Of a stretch of 64,000 nucleotides of DNA, positions 30,138-39,635 are shown in pieces; within the stretch, counting starts at the first letter, position 1; each line of letters starts with the position of its first letter. The translations under genes and the position numbers were made by a program. The DNA comes from Deltaproteobacteria bacterium (GTDB lineage: Bacteria; Desulfobacterota; Binatia; UBA9968), in assembly GCA_005879605.1 (NCBI GenBank), contig VBKE01000001.1:53067-117066 (forward strand), written 5' to 3'. A model generated the notes under the pieces. It did no database searches and had not been told where the DNA came from. It saw nothing but the letters and a program-made list of their open reading frames with translations.

Positions 30138-30296
30138 GTTGAACTCCGTGGAAATTTTTCCGATCGCATGTACTTGACCTTGTCCGGATTCTCCTTCAGG
30201 CGGGGCCAGGAGTCAAGCCAATTAGGATTGAAGCTCGGAGAGTCGCGGTCTAGTCGACGACCTGGAACGATTGGGAGATTGCGAAAGAATTCATTC

Positions 30297-31076
30297 CTAC
30301 TCAACTGCGCGCCGGGAAATATTCTCCGGCGCCAGACCTTCGGACCACGGGTAACTCTTGATGCTGTGGCTGGTTTTGCCATTCACCAAAGTCTCTGCAT
30401 GACGAATGCCGACCAGCTTGGTATTGATGACCGGCACCTTGAGTTCCGCCTCCAATTCTAGCGGCGAAACTACATAGGGGACGAGACGCCCGCCCAAAGG
30501 AATCAGCGCGTGAGCGCCTTCCGCAATCAACTCCTTTCCCACCGCGAGCATGCGCTCGACGAGCAGGTCGTGGTAGGCAGACAGATCGCCTGTCTCGTAG
30601 GTATTGATGGCTTTAATCCCCGAGATGAATCGGCCCATACGATAGTTCTCGATAATGCGCCGTGCATAGACTGCATGACTATCCAAAGGGGCGATGAGGC
30701 CGAAACGATCACAGAGCGTTGCGGCAAAGTGGCAAGAGGCGCGCAGGACTCCGACGACCGGAATGCGCACGGCGCAGCGCGCAACCTCCACGCCCGGATC
30801 GAACGTATTGCTCTGCACGACGGCATCGAAGCCCAACCGCTCCGCTTCGATAATCTTCTTGACCAAAGCGGGAGTTTCCAAGGCATGGTGAAGACCCGCC
30901 AGCGCCTGGCTCTTGCGCAGGTGGCTCGTCACCTCACTGCCGCCTAGATCTTCAGGATAGTGAACCTCTATGGTCGTGCCTGGCGAAGCATAACTCTGGA
31001 GCAGTGCTGCCACGCGCGCCTCGTACTCCGCGCTTCCTTCACGTTTAGACTGGTGATTCAAGATCATGATGCGCAT
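30297..31076 (-). CDS. Asp/Glu/hydantoin racemase family protein lacking the canonical catalytic cysteines
   Basis: YASPGTTI, AERLGFDAVV, FDPGVEVARCAVRIPVVG, GAHALIPLGG, VPVIN fold motifs. Confidence 0.8.
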   Translation of the reverse strand: MRIMILNHQSKREGSAEYEARVAALLQSYASPGTTIEVHYPEDLGGSEVTSHLRKSQALAGLHHALETPALVKKIIEAERLGFDAVVQSNTFDPGVEVARCAVRIPVVGVLRASCHFAATLCDRFGLIAPLDSHAVYARRIIENYRMGRFISGIKAINTYETGDLSAYHDLLVERMLAVGKELIAEGAHALIPLGGRLVPYVVSPLELEAELKVPVINTKLVGIRHAETLVNGKTSHSIKSYPWSEGLAPENISRRAVE

Positions 31077-31121
31077 GCTTGTTCCTCCGTTATCGGCAGT
31101 AGGGAACGGTCGCGCCGTTCC

Positions 31122-32153
31122 CTACTGGCCGAAAATTTCCCGCATCAGCTTCGAATACTCAGTGATGTTTTCGCCGAGTTCAGGGTTTACTGGAATCATC
31201 TGGAGTCCTTTGGCCTTCGCCATCTGTTCCTGCATGAACTCCAAGCGCGCAAGATACCGCCCCAAGTCCGCCAGAGTTTTCTGTCCTTCCAACGACAAAA
31301 CAAAATCCACATAGAGCCGCGCTGCATTCGGGTGGATCGGCTGAGACGAGATACCGATCCCTATTAGGGAAGCGGGCGCAGGTGGAAAAGCCACCCAGTC
31401 GATAGGGGCGCCCCTCTTCCGCACGCGATCCACGGAAGGAGCTGGAATGTCGATATCCAAAGATGCCTCTCCGGCAGCCACCAACTGGGCGATTAAGTCG
31501 TGACCGATGCGGTTCATAATATTCTGCTTTGCCAACTCCCTCATGTACTTCAATCCCTTCTCCCTGCCCATGAGTTGCAGAACTCCGCCGAACCAATCCA
31601 CCTTGGTCGCCTCCATCATCATTTTCCCTTGCCACATGGGTTGCAGAAGATCCTCGTACTTGCGCGGCAGATTTTCTTTGCCGACTAGCCGGGAATTGTA
31701 AGCCACGACATACGGGTTGGTATAAACCGTGGTCCAGTAACCCTCTTCTTTGAATTCTTTGGAGTAGTAGCCATTTTCTGACGAAAGATAATGACCCAAC
31801 TGCTGACTCTTCTTGAGCATATGCATCGCGAAGCCCAGAGTCTGGATGGCATCGGCAAAGGATTTTTTTGCTCTCGCCTCCACAAGGATCTTGGTAAGAA
31901 GCTTTTCGCTGTCGGTTCGGTTGAGCTTAACTTTCACAAACGGGTACTTTTGCTCAAAACGCGAGATCATCGTCTTGGCTTCTTCGAGATTCATCGAGGC
32001 ATAGAGGATCAGCTCAGCTTCTTTCTTTGCGCCTTCGATCAACAACTCCCTGCTCGCGGCGAGAGAAGAGGGCGTAGAATCAAATATGACAAGCGCACAA
32101 AACAAAAGAAGCCGCGAATGGACCAATCGGTTTTTAACCGCCTGCATAGCCAT
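31122..32153 (-). CDS. Extracellular solute-binding protein (Fe3+/family 1-type ABC SBP)
   Basis: Signal peptide; LIEGAKKEAELILY, FEQKYP, YNSRLV..PRKYEDLL.P.WQGK, HPNAARLYVDFVLSLEGQ. Confidence 0.9.
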   Translation of the reverse strand: MAMQAVKNRLVHSRLLLFCALVIFDSTPSSLAASRELLIEGAKKEAELILYASMNLEEAKTMISRFEQKYPFVKVKLNRTDSEKLLTKILVEARAKKSFADAIQTLGFAMHMLKKSQQLGHYLSSENGYYSKEFKEEGYWTTVYTNPYVVAYNSRLVGKENLPRKYEDLLQPMWQGKMMMEATKVDWFGGVLQLMGREKGLKYMRELAKQNIMNRIGHDLIAQLVAAGEASLDIDIPAPSVDRVRKRGAPIDWVAFPPAPASLIGIGISSQPIHPNAARLYVDFVLSLEGQKTLADLGRYLARLEFMQEQMAKAKGLQMIPVNPELGENITEYSKLMREIFGQ

Positions 32154-32247
32154 TGCCGCTAGCCCTATAATCCAGGAGGAAGCGACGCAAACATACTCTT
32201 ACGCCGAGAATATTCCAAGGATCATTGGTTCAACGTTTGATACCTAG

Positions 32248-32515
32248 CCTGGATTATGCACTCGTGACAGCGATCGAGGGGCGAGCCCTCCAGAGCGAAG
32301 GCAATGAGCCTGTGCCTTGGAGCGGCCTGCAAACTGAGTTACTGGAGCGAATGCCTGGGAAAAAATGCCAACGCCGAGCCAAGCACCAAAAACGGCATTG
32401 AAGCTGTTCGTCCGCTTCGACCCGGCTCAGGGCAGGCCTGTGCCTTCACTCCCCCAGGCTCATCCCTCGATCGATACAGTGTCGTAGTTTTTCCTCTGAC
32501 CATGAATAATGCGGG
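32248..32515. mobile_element. Non-autonomous MITE with IS1380-like ends and a CTAG target-site duplication
   Basis: Left end CCTGGATTATGCA, right end TGAATAATGCGGG; CTAG at 32244-32247 and 32516-32519; internal long imperfect inverted repeat. Confidence 0.7.
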
Positions 32516-32581
32516 CTAGGTGCTTTGAGATCCAAAAAAAACACTTCTACAATTTTCGGAAACATGTTATTCTAGCCGGCG

Positions 32582-33232
32582 ATGAAGATACGCCAAACGC
32601 TGATCTTGTCTGTTGTCGTGCTGACCGGCTGTAGTTCTGCGGGGAATCCTGGCACCACATTATGGGCCGGCCTCACTAACTATCGCGAGGAGATGAGAAC
32701 GCTCGAAGCCAAACCGGAGCGCTGGCCGGAGCGGCAAAGACTGGCAGAATCGATCAAGACGACCTACGTTGTTACTGTTGGAGCGTCTCGAGAGTTTAAT
32801 CGGTTGGTTGATCTCGACCTGAGACGGCGGGAGTTTTTAATTGCTCAGCGCGAAGGTGGCTTGAGAGCGGAGCGTGCAAAGGAAATTCAGGAAGAGCTGG
32901 TACAAGTCAACGAACAGATCGATGGATTGACTAGACTGACCAAGGGACAGTTGATGAATAGCCAGCTCAATGTGCAGGATACGTCGAAAACCATCGAAAC
33001 CGTCGCCACCATCGGTCTTTTGGAGTTGGCGATCGATGCATTTTCATCGCAAACGAATACCAGCCCCACGGCGGCTCCCTCCACCAAGGTGGGCCCCTAT
33101 GTGGTCATTGATCAAGGTTCTTTCTCGTCGGCCGTCAGAACGCCGGAGGGACAAACTTTCCACTGTACGACAAGGATGGTGTCCGAAGAGGGCGCGTCCA
33201 TACGGTGCCAACCGGTGGGCGGGAAGTCTTAG
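32582..33232 (+). CDS. Hypothetical lipoprotein
   Basis: MKIRQTLILSVVVLTGC lipobox, coiled-coil middle, C-terminal Cys pair. Confidence 0.75.
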   Translation: MKIRQTLILSVVVLTGCSSAGNPGTTLWAGLTNYREEMRTLEAKPERWPERQRLAESIKTTYVVTVGASREFNRLVDLDLRRREFLIAQREGGLRAERAKEIQEELVQVNEQIDGLTRLTKGQLMNSQLNVQDTSKTIETVATIGLLELAIDAFSSQTNTSPTAAPSTKVGPYVVIDQGSFSSAVRTPEGQTFHCTTRMVSEEGASIRCQPVGGKS

Positions 33233-33315
33233 ACCCATTGCGGATCGCCCGCCGCTGGATCCACCCCGAAATGGCCAGGTGAATCCCGGTATAGTCAATC
33301 TCCGACTGACTTGGA

Positions 33316-34674
33316 TTACTTTAGGTCCAACAGCGCCAACGCATCGGCAAGCCCGGTAGCCGAAGCGTCCTTTATATTCCACCAACTCTCCAAAGCCACG
33401 GCTGTACGCGTTTTTCCAAGCACCGATTCGGCGCATTGGCGAAACTTGGAGGTAATATCTTCGTGCTTCATCGGGTTATTCGTGTGGCCCAACGGGTCGC
33501 GCGGAAAAATACTGATTGTGTTTCCGTTCGTTGTCGTCGCCTTCACTTTCATGGAAACAACCTTCGGATAGATCGCCTCCACCTCGTCATCGCGCCGGAC
33601 TCGGATCTTTGCCATGAGTGGACGCAAGGCAGGCTCCCGGTAGGCCGCTTCCTCAAAGGCGGCGATTGTCATCGTGCCGTCAACGAGAGTTCTCGCAAAG
33701 ATGTAAGGCAAGCTGTGATCCGCGGTCTCCCGGGTCCTGGGATCCCACTTCTCGGGCTCGCTGCCGATCTCGGTGAAGGCGAAGGTATAGGTGCCGATAT
33801 CGATATCGACCAGCTCACGCCAATCCACTTTCGATCGTAGCTCGAGCGCTGCCCAGACCGGCAGCTGGGCGTTGTATTCCACCGGCCAGTACTTGAGCTG
33901 CACGTCGGGAGAACGAAATGGGCCTTTTTCGGTAGGCAGCGGCTCCAATTCGAATGGACCGGTGATCAGGTGCCACAAGCCATGCTTGCCTTCGAAGGGG
34001 CGATCGGGTCCCACCATTCCCTCCGCCGCCAGTAAGGCGGCGAATAGACCATTCCGAGTGGCGAAGGAGGTGGCGACACCTTTCCAGAGAGAAAGCTCGC
34101 CCGCGCGCGTGTTGCGCAGCGGAACGTTCGCCACCGTCGTGATGGCGACGGCTTCGCCGATCTTTTCCGGGGGCAGGCGCAGAAGATGTCCGACGCCCGC
34201 GGCCGTGCAAACACCGATCGCAAATCCCTGATCCCACCCTTTGTATCTGAGACCCGTGGCGTCGCTGATACGGACAAACAGTTCGTAGGCTACGACGATG
34301 CTGGACAGTAGCCGGCGCCCGTCAGTCCCAGCCGCCTCGGCAATGGCCAGGAAGGCGCCCAGGCAATCACTGGGATGACCGCCGGGATACTGGTCATTGA
34401 AATCCAGGTTCCGAATCATCGCGGTATTGACGAAAGCCGCCGACTCGGCGGTCGATCTTTCTCCATGGAGCAAGATCCGACCCGGATAACGCTCCGGCAC
34501 GGCGCCGCGCGCAAGCCGAAGACCCATGCCAGCGGGCTCGCAATCGCGGGCGGCAATCGCGCAAGCCAGGCTGTCGATCAAATATTGTGTCGCGGCCGTG
34601 ACGACTTCGTCCGGAAGCGTCTCGTAGGAAACGTGAGAAGCGAAATTTGCGATCTGGCGAGTTAGATTGTCCAT
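33316..34674 (-). CDS. MmgE/PrpD family protein (2-methylcitrate dehydratase-like)
   Basis: LIDSLACA, AAFVN..MIRNLDFND, GGHPSD, RAGELSLWKG, TRETADHSLPY, PLGHTNNPM. Confidence 0.92.
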   Translation of the reverse strand: MDNLTRQIANFASHVSYETLPDEVVTAATQYLIDSLACAIAARDCEPAGMGLRLARGAVPERYPGRILLHGERSTAESAAFVNTAMIRNLDFNDQYPGGHPSDCLGAFLAIAEAAGTDGRRLLSSIVVAYELFVRISDATGLRYKGWDQGFAIGVCTAAGVGHLLRLPPEKIGEAVAITTVANVPLRNTRAGELSLWKGVATSFATRNGLFAALLAAEGMVGPDRPFEGKHGLWHLITGPFELEPLPTEKGPFRSPDVQLKYWPVEYNAQLPVWAALELRSKVDWRELVDIDIGTYTFAFTEIGSEPEKWDPRTRETADHSLPYIFARTLVDGTMTIAAFEEAAYREPALRPLMAKIRVRRDDEVEAIYPKVVSMKVKATTTNGNTISIFPRDPLGHTNNPMKHEDITSKFRQCAESVLGKTRTAVALESWWNIKDASATGLADALALLDLK

Positions 34675-34676
34675 CG

Positions 34677-34865
34677 CTACCTAAAAACCTCCTCGGCAAA
34701 GATTCTGCGACTGCCGGCGACGAGCTTGCCGTCCTTCTTGGCGGCTTCCAATGTATTGTCCCATTCCTGTTGCCAAGGAGCCTTGGCTTCGCCGGCAAGA
34801 AGCTTGCCCTGTATTAAAAAGATGAACTAGATGGCCAACGCTGTGAATAAAATGATTCGTTTCAT
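34677..34865 (-). pseudogene. Collapsed remnant of an extracellular solute-binding protein gene
   Basis: MKRIILFTALAI*FIFLIQGKLLAGEAKAPWQQEWDNTLEAAKKDGKLV joined in frame to AGSRRIFAEEVFR*; internal TAG at 34827-34829; GAGGTG RBS. Confidence 0.75.
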
Positions 34866-35103
34866 GTTCACCTCTGGCTTTGTACAGGTCAAGGGACTTG
34901 TGCCACACAGATTTTCAGCACTTCCCTCGAAAGTCACCGATCGTGCAAATCTCTCTCAGCTATTGCTCGCAGTCAAGCAGATTTGTCTCGGAGAGGTTTC
35001 AATGAACTTAGGAGACAGAAGACCAGTGAGTGTGGGAGACAACTTGATCCAGTGGATCATGATGCGAAGCATGATATAAAAAAGCTGGAAGGAGAAGACC
35101 AAG

Positions 35104-35853
35104 ATGATGCTGAGAGTCATCGGGGCGGTGCTCATGATTTTGACGGTTTGTCACCCCGCCTCTGCCGCGGAATTACTCGTATCGGCCGCGGCAAGCCTTA
35201 CCAACGCGTTCCAAGAGATCGGCGGCCAGTTTGAGCGATCCCAAAGCGGGACGAAAGTGATTTTTAACTTTGCCGCTTCCGATGTGTTAGTTAAACAAAT
35301 TATCCAAGGGGCGCCCGTCGACGTCTTTGCTTCGGCGGATCAAGAATCCATGGATAGAGCCGTTCAGGAAAATGTCATCGATCGCGCCACGCGATTCAAC
35401 TTCGCGGCGAACCGGCTCGTACTGGTGGTACCGAATGACTCGAAAATCGTATTGAAATCGATCCATGACCTGAAGACGAAGGAAGTCGCACGCATCGCCG
35501 TCGGCCAGCCGGCCACCGTTCCCGCGGGTCGTTACGCCAAGCGCGCTCTCGACGAAGCCAGGCTTTGGGAGGGTTTGCAAGGAAAATTCATTTACACTCA
35601 GAATGTTCGACAGAATTTGGATTACGTGGCAAGAGGAGAGGTGGATGCGGGTTTCGTTTACTCGACGGACGCGGCCATCGTGAAAGACAAGGTCAAAGTC
35701 GCGTTCGAGGTGCCGACACCGGAGCCGGTTCTATATCCGATTGCCATCACCAGAGCGAGCAGGACACCGCAATTGGCTCGGGAATTTCTCGGTTTTGTAA
35801 AGTCCGAGGTCGGCCAAAAAATTCTTCAGAGATTCGGGTTTACCAAACCATGA
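35104..35853 (+). CDS. modA: Molybdate ABC transporter substrate-binding protein
   Basis: VSAAASLTNAF, FNFAAS, GAPVDVFASA, FAANRLVL, VPAGRYA, EVDAGFVYSTDA. Confidence 0.95.
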   Translation: MMLRVIGAVLMILTVCHPASAAELLVSAAASLTNAFQEIGGQFERSQSGTKVIFNFAASDVLVKQIIQGAPVDVFASADQESMDRAVQENVIDRATRFNFAANRLVLVVPNDSKIVLKSIHDLKTKEVARIAVGQPATVPAGRYAKRALDEARLWEGLQGKFIYTQNVRQNLDYVARGEVDAGFVYSTDAAIVKDKVKVAFEVPTPEPVLYPIAITRASRTPQLAREFLGFVKSEVGQKILQRFGFTKP

Positions 35854-35874
35854 CGGTCGGCATGGACATCTCTC

Positions 35875-36537
35875 GTGAGTAACGCGCTCGTACCTCTCAT
35901 GCTGACCTTGAAGGTTGCGACGGCGGCAACGCTGGTCGTCTTAGTTTTCGGCGTGAGCTGGGCGTATCTGTTTGGCCGCTTTCGTTTCCGCGGCAGTCAA
36001 ATACTGGACGCGGTTTTGACGCTTCCCATGGTCATGCCGCCCACTGTCTTGGGGTATTATCTGCTGGTCGTCATCGGAAGAAGGGGTTGGATTGGAGAGT
36101 GGCTGGAAAAGACTTTCGGGATTCGATTAATTTTCACCTGGCAAGGCGCGGTTATCGCATCCGCCTTGGTCGCCTTTCCGTTAGTCTTCAAGGCTGCGCG
36201 GGCGGCTTTGGAAAGCGTCGATCATCACCTGGAGAGTGCCGCGCGCGTGCTGGGTTCCAATGAGGCGAAGGTGTTTTTCAGGGTGACTCTACCGCTGGCC
36301 TGGCGCGGCATTTTGGCGGGTACGATGCTCGCTTTCGCCAGGGCCATGGGAGAATTCGGCGCCACTCTAATGATCGCCGGAAGCATACCCGGCAAAACCC
36401 AAACGGTTTCCATCGCCATCTACGAGGCCGTCCAAGCTGGACGGGACGAGCTGGCGAATTTCCTGGTGCTGTTGAGCTCTGTCGTCTGCATTATCGTGCT
36501 GATCGCCTCCGAAAATTTGCTGCAGCGAAAGTTCTAG
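35875..36537 (+). CDS. modB: Molybdate ABC transporter permease
   Basis: LPMVMPPTVLGYYLL, FTWQGAVIAS, AFARAMGEFGATLMIAGSIPGKTQT. Confidence 0.95.
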   Translation: MSNALVPLMLTLKVATAATLVVLVFGVSWAYLFGRFRFRGSQILDAVLTLPMVMPPTVLGYYLLVVIGRRGWIGEWLEKTFGIRLIFTWQGAVIASALVAFPLVFKAARAALESVDHHLESAARVLGSNEAKVFFRVTLPLAWRGILAGTMLAFARAMGEFGATLMIAGSIPGKTQTVSIAIYEAVQAGRDELANFLVLLSSVVCIIVLIASENLLQRKF

Positions 36538-36559
36538 GCTTCTTCTCAGCAAGCATCCT

Positions 36560-37297
36560 ATGAAGCTCGATTTAGAGATCCGCAAGACTTTAAAAGCCCA
36601 AGAGCGCGTTTTCGAACTCGACGTAAGATTTCAGTCAGAGAAAAATCTCATCGTCATTTTCGGTCAGTCGGGCGCCGGCAAAAGCGTCACGATTCAAATG
36701 ATCGCAGGATTGATGGCGGCAGATCAGGGACGGATCGTGCTGAATGGACGCGCGCTATTCGACTCGGATGCACACGTCAACCTGCCGGCGCGGAAGCGCA
36801 ATATCGGATATGTTTTTCAGGATTACGCGCTATTTCCTCATCTCAACGTGGCCCAGAACGTTGGTTTCGCGATTGAAAAGTCTTTGTGGGCCAGAAATGG
36901 AAAGGCATTACATGATCAGGTCCGGGATTTTCTTGCGAAGTTCGAATTGTCGGACCTCGGCGGCAGCTATCCGCGGCAACTTTCCGGTGGTCAACGGCAA
37001 CGTGTGGCGCTCGCCCGAGCGCTTATCCGTAAACCAGACATCTTGCTGCTCGATGAACCCTTCGCGGCGCTCGATCCGTTGCTGCGGGATAGAACTCGCC
37101 GCGAGCTACTCGGAATTCAGAAAGGATTCGGTGTGCCGATGGTCATCATCACCCATGACCCCGCCGACGTCGAGCTCTTCGCCGAGGATCTCGTTGTCCT
37201 TGATAACGGCCGCGTGACCCGGAAGCTGACCTTGGATGGACGGCATTCTGAAGAAAGTCGCGTCGACCTGATCCGGGATGTGCTAGGGCCCGCTTAA
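36560..37297 (+). CDS. modC: Molybdate ABC transporter ATP-binding protein (short form, no TOBE domain)
   Basis: GQSGAGKS, IGYVFQDYALFPHL, LSGGQRQRVALARAL, LLDEPFAALD; follows modAB. Confidence 0.9.
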   Translation: MKLDLEIRKTLKAQERVFELDVRFQSEKNLIVIFGQSGAGKSVTIQMIAGLMAADQGRIVLNGRALFDSDAHVNLPARKRNIGYVFQDYALFPHLNVAQNVGFAIEKSLWARNGKALHDQVRDFLAKFELSDLGGSYPRQLSGGQRQRVALARALIRKPDILLLDEPFAALDPLLRDRTRRELLGIQKGFGVPMVIITHDPADVELFAEDLVVLDNGRVTRKLTLDGRHSEESRVDLIRDVLGPA

Positions 37298-37349
37298 TTT
37301 CGCAGCGCGATAAGCAGCTCCGCCTGACCGAAGATCGAATGCTCCTGGC

Positions 37350-37607
37350 TTATGACGAGGACGCTTCTCGCGGTTTTTTGAATCTCCGCCACTCGCCGCT
37401 CCAGTCGCAGCCGCAGCTCTTGCAGTACCACTCGGTCATGCCTTCCCATTCCTCGCGATCGGCGAGAACGGCTTGGCCCTTTTTAATGGAGTGTTGGAGT
37501 GATGGAGTGATGGGGCCGTGCACGACTGGAATAACTTTATTGCCACCGCATTCGGGGCAGAGTGGGGGACGTGCTGGAGATTTTGTCTTTTTTGCTTTTC
37601 GCCGCAC
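37350..37607 (-). CDS. Small zinc-ribbon-like protein
   Basis: CPECG...VIPVVHG...WYCKSCG double CxxC; directly downstream of the MetE-like gene. Confidence 0.65.
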   Translation of the reverse strand: MRRKAKKTKSPARPPLCPECGGNKVIPVVHGPITPSLQHSIKKGQAVLADREEWEGMTEWYCKSCGCDWSGEWRRFKKPREASSS

Positions 37608-37648
37608 CTTCTGTTCTCACTGAACTCGTCGCAACGTGGACGGAGAAT

Positions 37649-38659
37649 CTACAGCGTTTTTCGCACTTCCTTCGCGACGTCGACAAGCAAGTGGGCCTTG
37701 GTGTTTGCAAGCTCGCGGCTGATGGTCATCAAGCCGCAGTCCGGGGCGAGCAGCAGATTATTCGGCTCGATATAACTCAGCGCCGAACGCACGCGCTCGA
37801 CAACGCCTGCCAAAGGTGGCACCGGAGTATCGCCCGGGTCGACGCAGCCGAACATAATGAGTCGGCCCTCGCAGATGCCCAGCACCGCGGGATCGTAGTT
37901 GCTGCGGGCAAATTCCACGGCGAAGCCGCCGATGCGCGTCTTCATCAGCTCCGTAAGTAATTCCGGATATTCGTATTGATGCTGTTGGCTAAGCCCGCCG
38001 GGATAGCCGTAGCAGAGATGAACGAAACTTGGAGTCTGGATGCCCTCAAGGCAACGGTCGAGAGCGCGCGCGCCGTAGGCGAAAACTTTTTCGTGGTAAC
38101 GCGTCATCGCGGGCTCGTCGATCTGCAAAACATCGCAGCCGGCTGCTTGAAGTTCGAGCAACTCCGCATTGAGGGCGGCGGCGATATCCATAGCTAGAGC
38201 CGGCTCATCGGTGTGGGTTTCGTCCAGAGTGCTGTCGATCACTGTCATCGGTCCGGGCACGGCCATCTTTACTGGCTTTTTGGTTTGAGCTTTGGCGAAA
38301 CGTAAATCATCGACGATGGCCGGGCCGCGCCGCTTTACTTTGCCGACGATGCGCGGCACAAGGCGATCCTGCTCGCGCCGGCGGTAAATCTTTTTTAAGG
38401 CTTGCTGATTCAGGTCGATGCCGTTAAAAGCCGCCAGGATATGATCGATAAAACCGGTCCGACGCTGCTCGCCGTCGGTCAATAAGTCGAGGCCGATCTG
38501 CTCTTGAGTTTGCATATTGAGGCTCGTGGCGTCGTCCTGCGCCTCTTTGAGCGCGCCGCCTTCCAGCCGGAAGATTACTCGACTACGCTCTGTCGTTGCG
38601 AGCCAACTTGGGCGTGGGAAACTGCCAATGGTCGTCGTGGCGATAGGCGGGAGTTGCAT
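37649..38659 (-). CDS. Cobalamin-independent methionine synthase II family protein (MetE C-terminal-like)
   Basis: TTTIGSFPRP, TDGEQRR, PGPMT, LQIDEP and Zn ligands HLCYG, VEF, APDCGL; ATG 38659 after GAGG. Confidence 0.9.
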   Translation of the reverse strand: MQLPPIATTTIGSFPRPSWLATTERSRVIFRLEGGALKEAQDDATSLNMQTQEQIGLDLLTDGEQRRTGFIDHILAAFNGIDLNQQALKKIYRRREQDRLVPRIVGKVKRRGPAIVDDLRFAKAQTKKPVKMAVPGPMTVIDSTLDETHTDEPALAMDIAAALNAELLELQAAGCDVLQIDEPAMTRYHEKVFAYGARALDRCLEGIQTPSFVHLCYGYPGGLSQQHQYEYPELLTELMKTRIGGFAVEFARSNYDPAVLGICEGRLIMFGCVDPGDTPVPPLAGVVERVRSALSYIEPNNLLLAPDCGLMTISRELANTKAHLLVDVAKEVRKTL

Positions 38660-38867
38660 GGGATTCCACCTCAGAGGATTTTCTCTGGCTATATACGCGA
38701 TGATAGGCAAATACAACCTTTCGAAAATGGATTACTTGCGGCTGCGGATTTTTTGAATGGGAGCGTGAGGCGACCCGTCGGCCGGATCTGTAGTTTTAGT
38801 CCAAGTTGTTTCGTCAGGTTATCGAAATCATTGATAATTCATAAAGATCAGCTACTCTGTAAGTAGT

Positions 38868-38902
38868 ACACACTTGACAACACACTATCAGTATGCTCTA
38901 AT
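38868..38902 (+). promoter_or_regulatory. Sigma70 promoter of the TA operon with overlapping direct repeats
   Basis: TTGACA (38874-38879), 17-bp spacer, TG-n-TCTAAT (38897-38902); ACACACT at 38868 and 38880. Confidence 0.65.
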
Positions 38903-38922
38903 GGTCCCATTGGAGGTATGTC

Positions 38923-39195
38923 ATGGCTCGCGTGAACGTTTTCTTAAAGGACGAATTGCTTGATGAAATCAACGATGAGGCAAAAGAGGAAGGAACCAAC
39001 CGCAGCGCCCTCATTCAGACTGCCTTAGAGAAGTATATCGAAGCTAAGCGCCGTGGGCGGGAGGAGGAAGAAAAACGGAAAAAAATGGAGGAGGCTTCCC
39101 GTAAGATGGATGCCTTGGCGAAGAAGTTGGGGAAATGGGACCCCCAGGCAACGATCCGGAAATTTCGTGACACTAACCTGAAGGGCAAGTCGTGA
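38923..39195 (+). CDS. Ribbon-helix-helix (CopG) antitoxin, VapB-like
   Basis: MARVNVFLKDELLDEINDEAKEEGTNRSALIQTAL RHH pattern; GGAGG RBS; GTGA overlap with the PIN gene. Confidence 0.85.
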   Translation: MARVNVFLKDELLDEINDEAKEEGTNRSALIQTALEKYIEAKRRGREEEEKRKKMEEASRKMDALAKKLGKWDPQATIRKFRDTNLKGKS

Positions 39196-39635
39196 CTTCT
39201 GCGCATCACGCCGGATACGTAATTGACGCGTCCGTTTTGGTGAAATGGTTTCTCCATGAAAAAGAAGCAGACCGCGACCGCGCCTTAGCATTGCGGGATC
39301 TTCATATCTCTCGTCGGTCAACGCTTTTCATACCACAGCTTGCTCTCCTAGAAGTTCTCAACGCCGTCAGGTTTAGTCCAAAGGCCGACGAAGAAGACGG
39401 GGAGATGGCTTTAGAAACACTCGAAGATTTACATCTCGAAATTAAGGCGAATGATGTTGTTCTATTGCGCAAGGCCAACGCAATCTCTTGGGGATATAAG
39501 ATTACGATCTACGATGCCCTCTATGTAGGCCTCGCTGAGCAAGTGGGACATCCGCTCATCACTGCCGATGAGGTGATGGTGAAAAAACTAAAAGGGCATA
39601 GCATCGTGGTCCCTCTACGGGAACTAAAATTTTAA
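39192..39635 (+). CDS. vapC: PIN-domain toxin, VapC family
   Basis: VIDASVLVKWF, LLEVLNAV, ITIYDALYVGLA, LITAD acidic PIN motifs. Confidence 0.92.
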   Translation: MTSAHHAGYVIDASVLVKWFLHEKEADRDRALALRDLHISRRSTLFIPQLALLEVLNAVRFSPKADEEDGEMALETLEDLHLEIKANDVVLLRKANAISWGYKITIYDALYVGLAEQVGHPLITADEVMVKKLKGHSIVVPLRELKF

